Source: Macrostomum lignano | Taxonomy: Eukaryota | NCBI GenBank assembly: GCA_002269645.1 | Contig: NIVC01000907.1 | Span: forward strand, 1 to 64,000 | Direction: 5' to 3' | Length of the DNA stretch: 64,000 bases | In this document: piece after piece, positions 63,901 to 64,000 of the stretch | Layout of the letters: every line of letters begins with the position of its first letter | How positions within the stretch are numbered: position 1 is the stretch's first letter | Notes under the pieces: model-generated | Told to the model about the DNA's origin: nothing | The model's database searches: none | Seen by the model: the letters and a program-made list of their open reading frames with translations, nothing else | Made by a program: the position numbers and the translations under genes

Positions 63901-64000
63901 CCGACTGGGACTCTACTGACTGGGACTCTACTGCAGGACTGGGCCTCTGCGACTGGGACTCTACTGACTGGGACTCTACTGACTGGGCCTCTGCTGACTG
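51901..64000. repeat. Large 15-bp satellite array with higher-order repeats, runs off the window end
   Basis: More than 12 kb of GACTGGGACTCTACT / GACTGGGCCTCTGCT monomers; diagnostic variants recur at a 1783-bp spacing. Confidence 0.98.

Overview
Eukaryotic (invertebrate) genomic DNA with short (~90-nt) GT-AG introns, GC-rich exons and abundant minisatellites; overall style resembles the flatworm Macrostomum, but that attribution is inference only. 0-30 kb holds four host genes: an LDL-receptor-family type I membrane protein with a frame lesion, a Jun bZIP gene whose promoter has two MEF2 sites, a CIMIP2C/C2orf70-like ciliary gene and SNX17. They are separated by a decayed, CpG-poor repeat field (Penelope fossil, MITEs, a mariner with two 3' ends) and a nested hAT/LINE/TIR element. 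30-52 kb is an amplified block with four identical copies of a tiny intronless gene encoding a 49-aa secreted six-cysteine peptide (signal peptide + DDLCGPLCYCINEICLGDSPSCKGDTCRR), embedded among 42-, 22- and 15-bp minisatellites. Two copies carry a TSD-less transposon inserted at AAA|TTT (Spy-like), and an internally deleted BEL/Pao element lies between the two gene pairs. From ~51.9 kb to the end is a 15-bp satellite array with ~1.78-kb higher-order structure. All calls were made by eye; no database searches were run.
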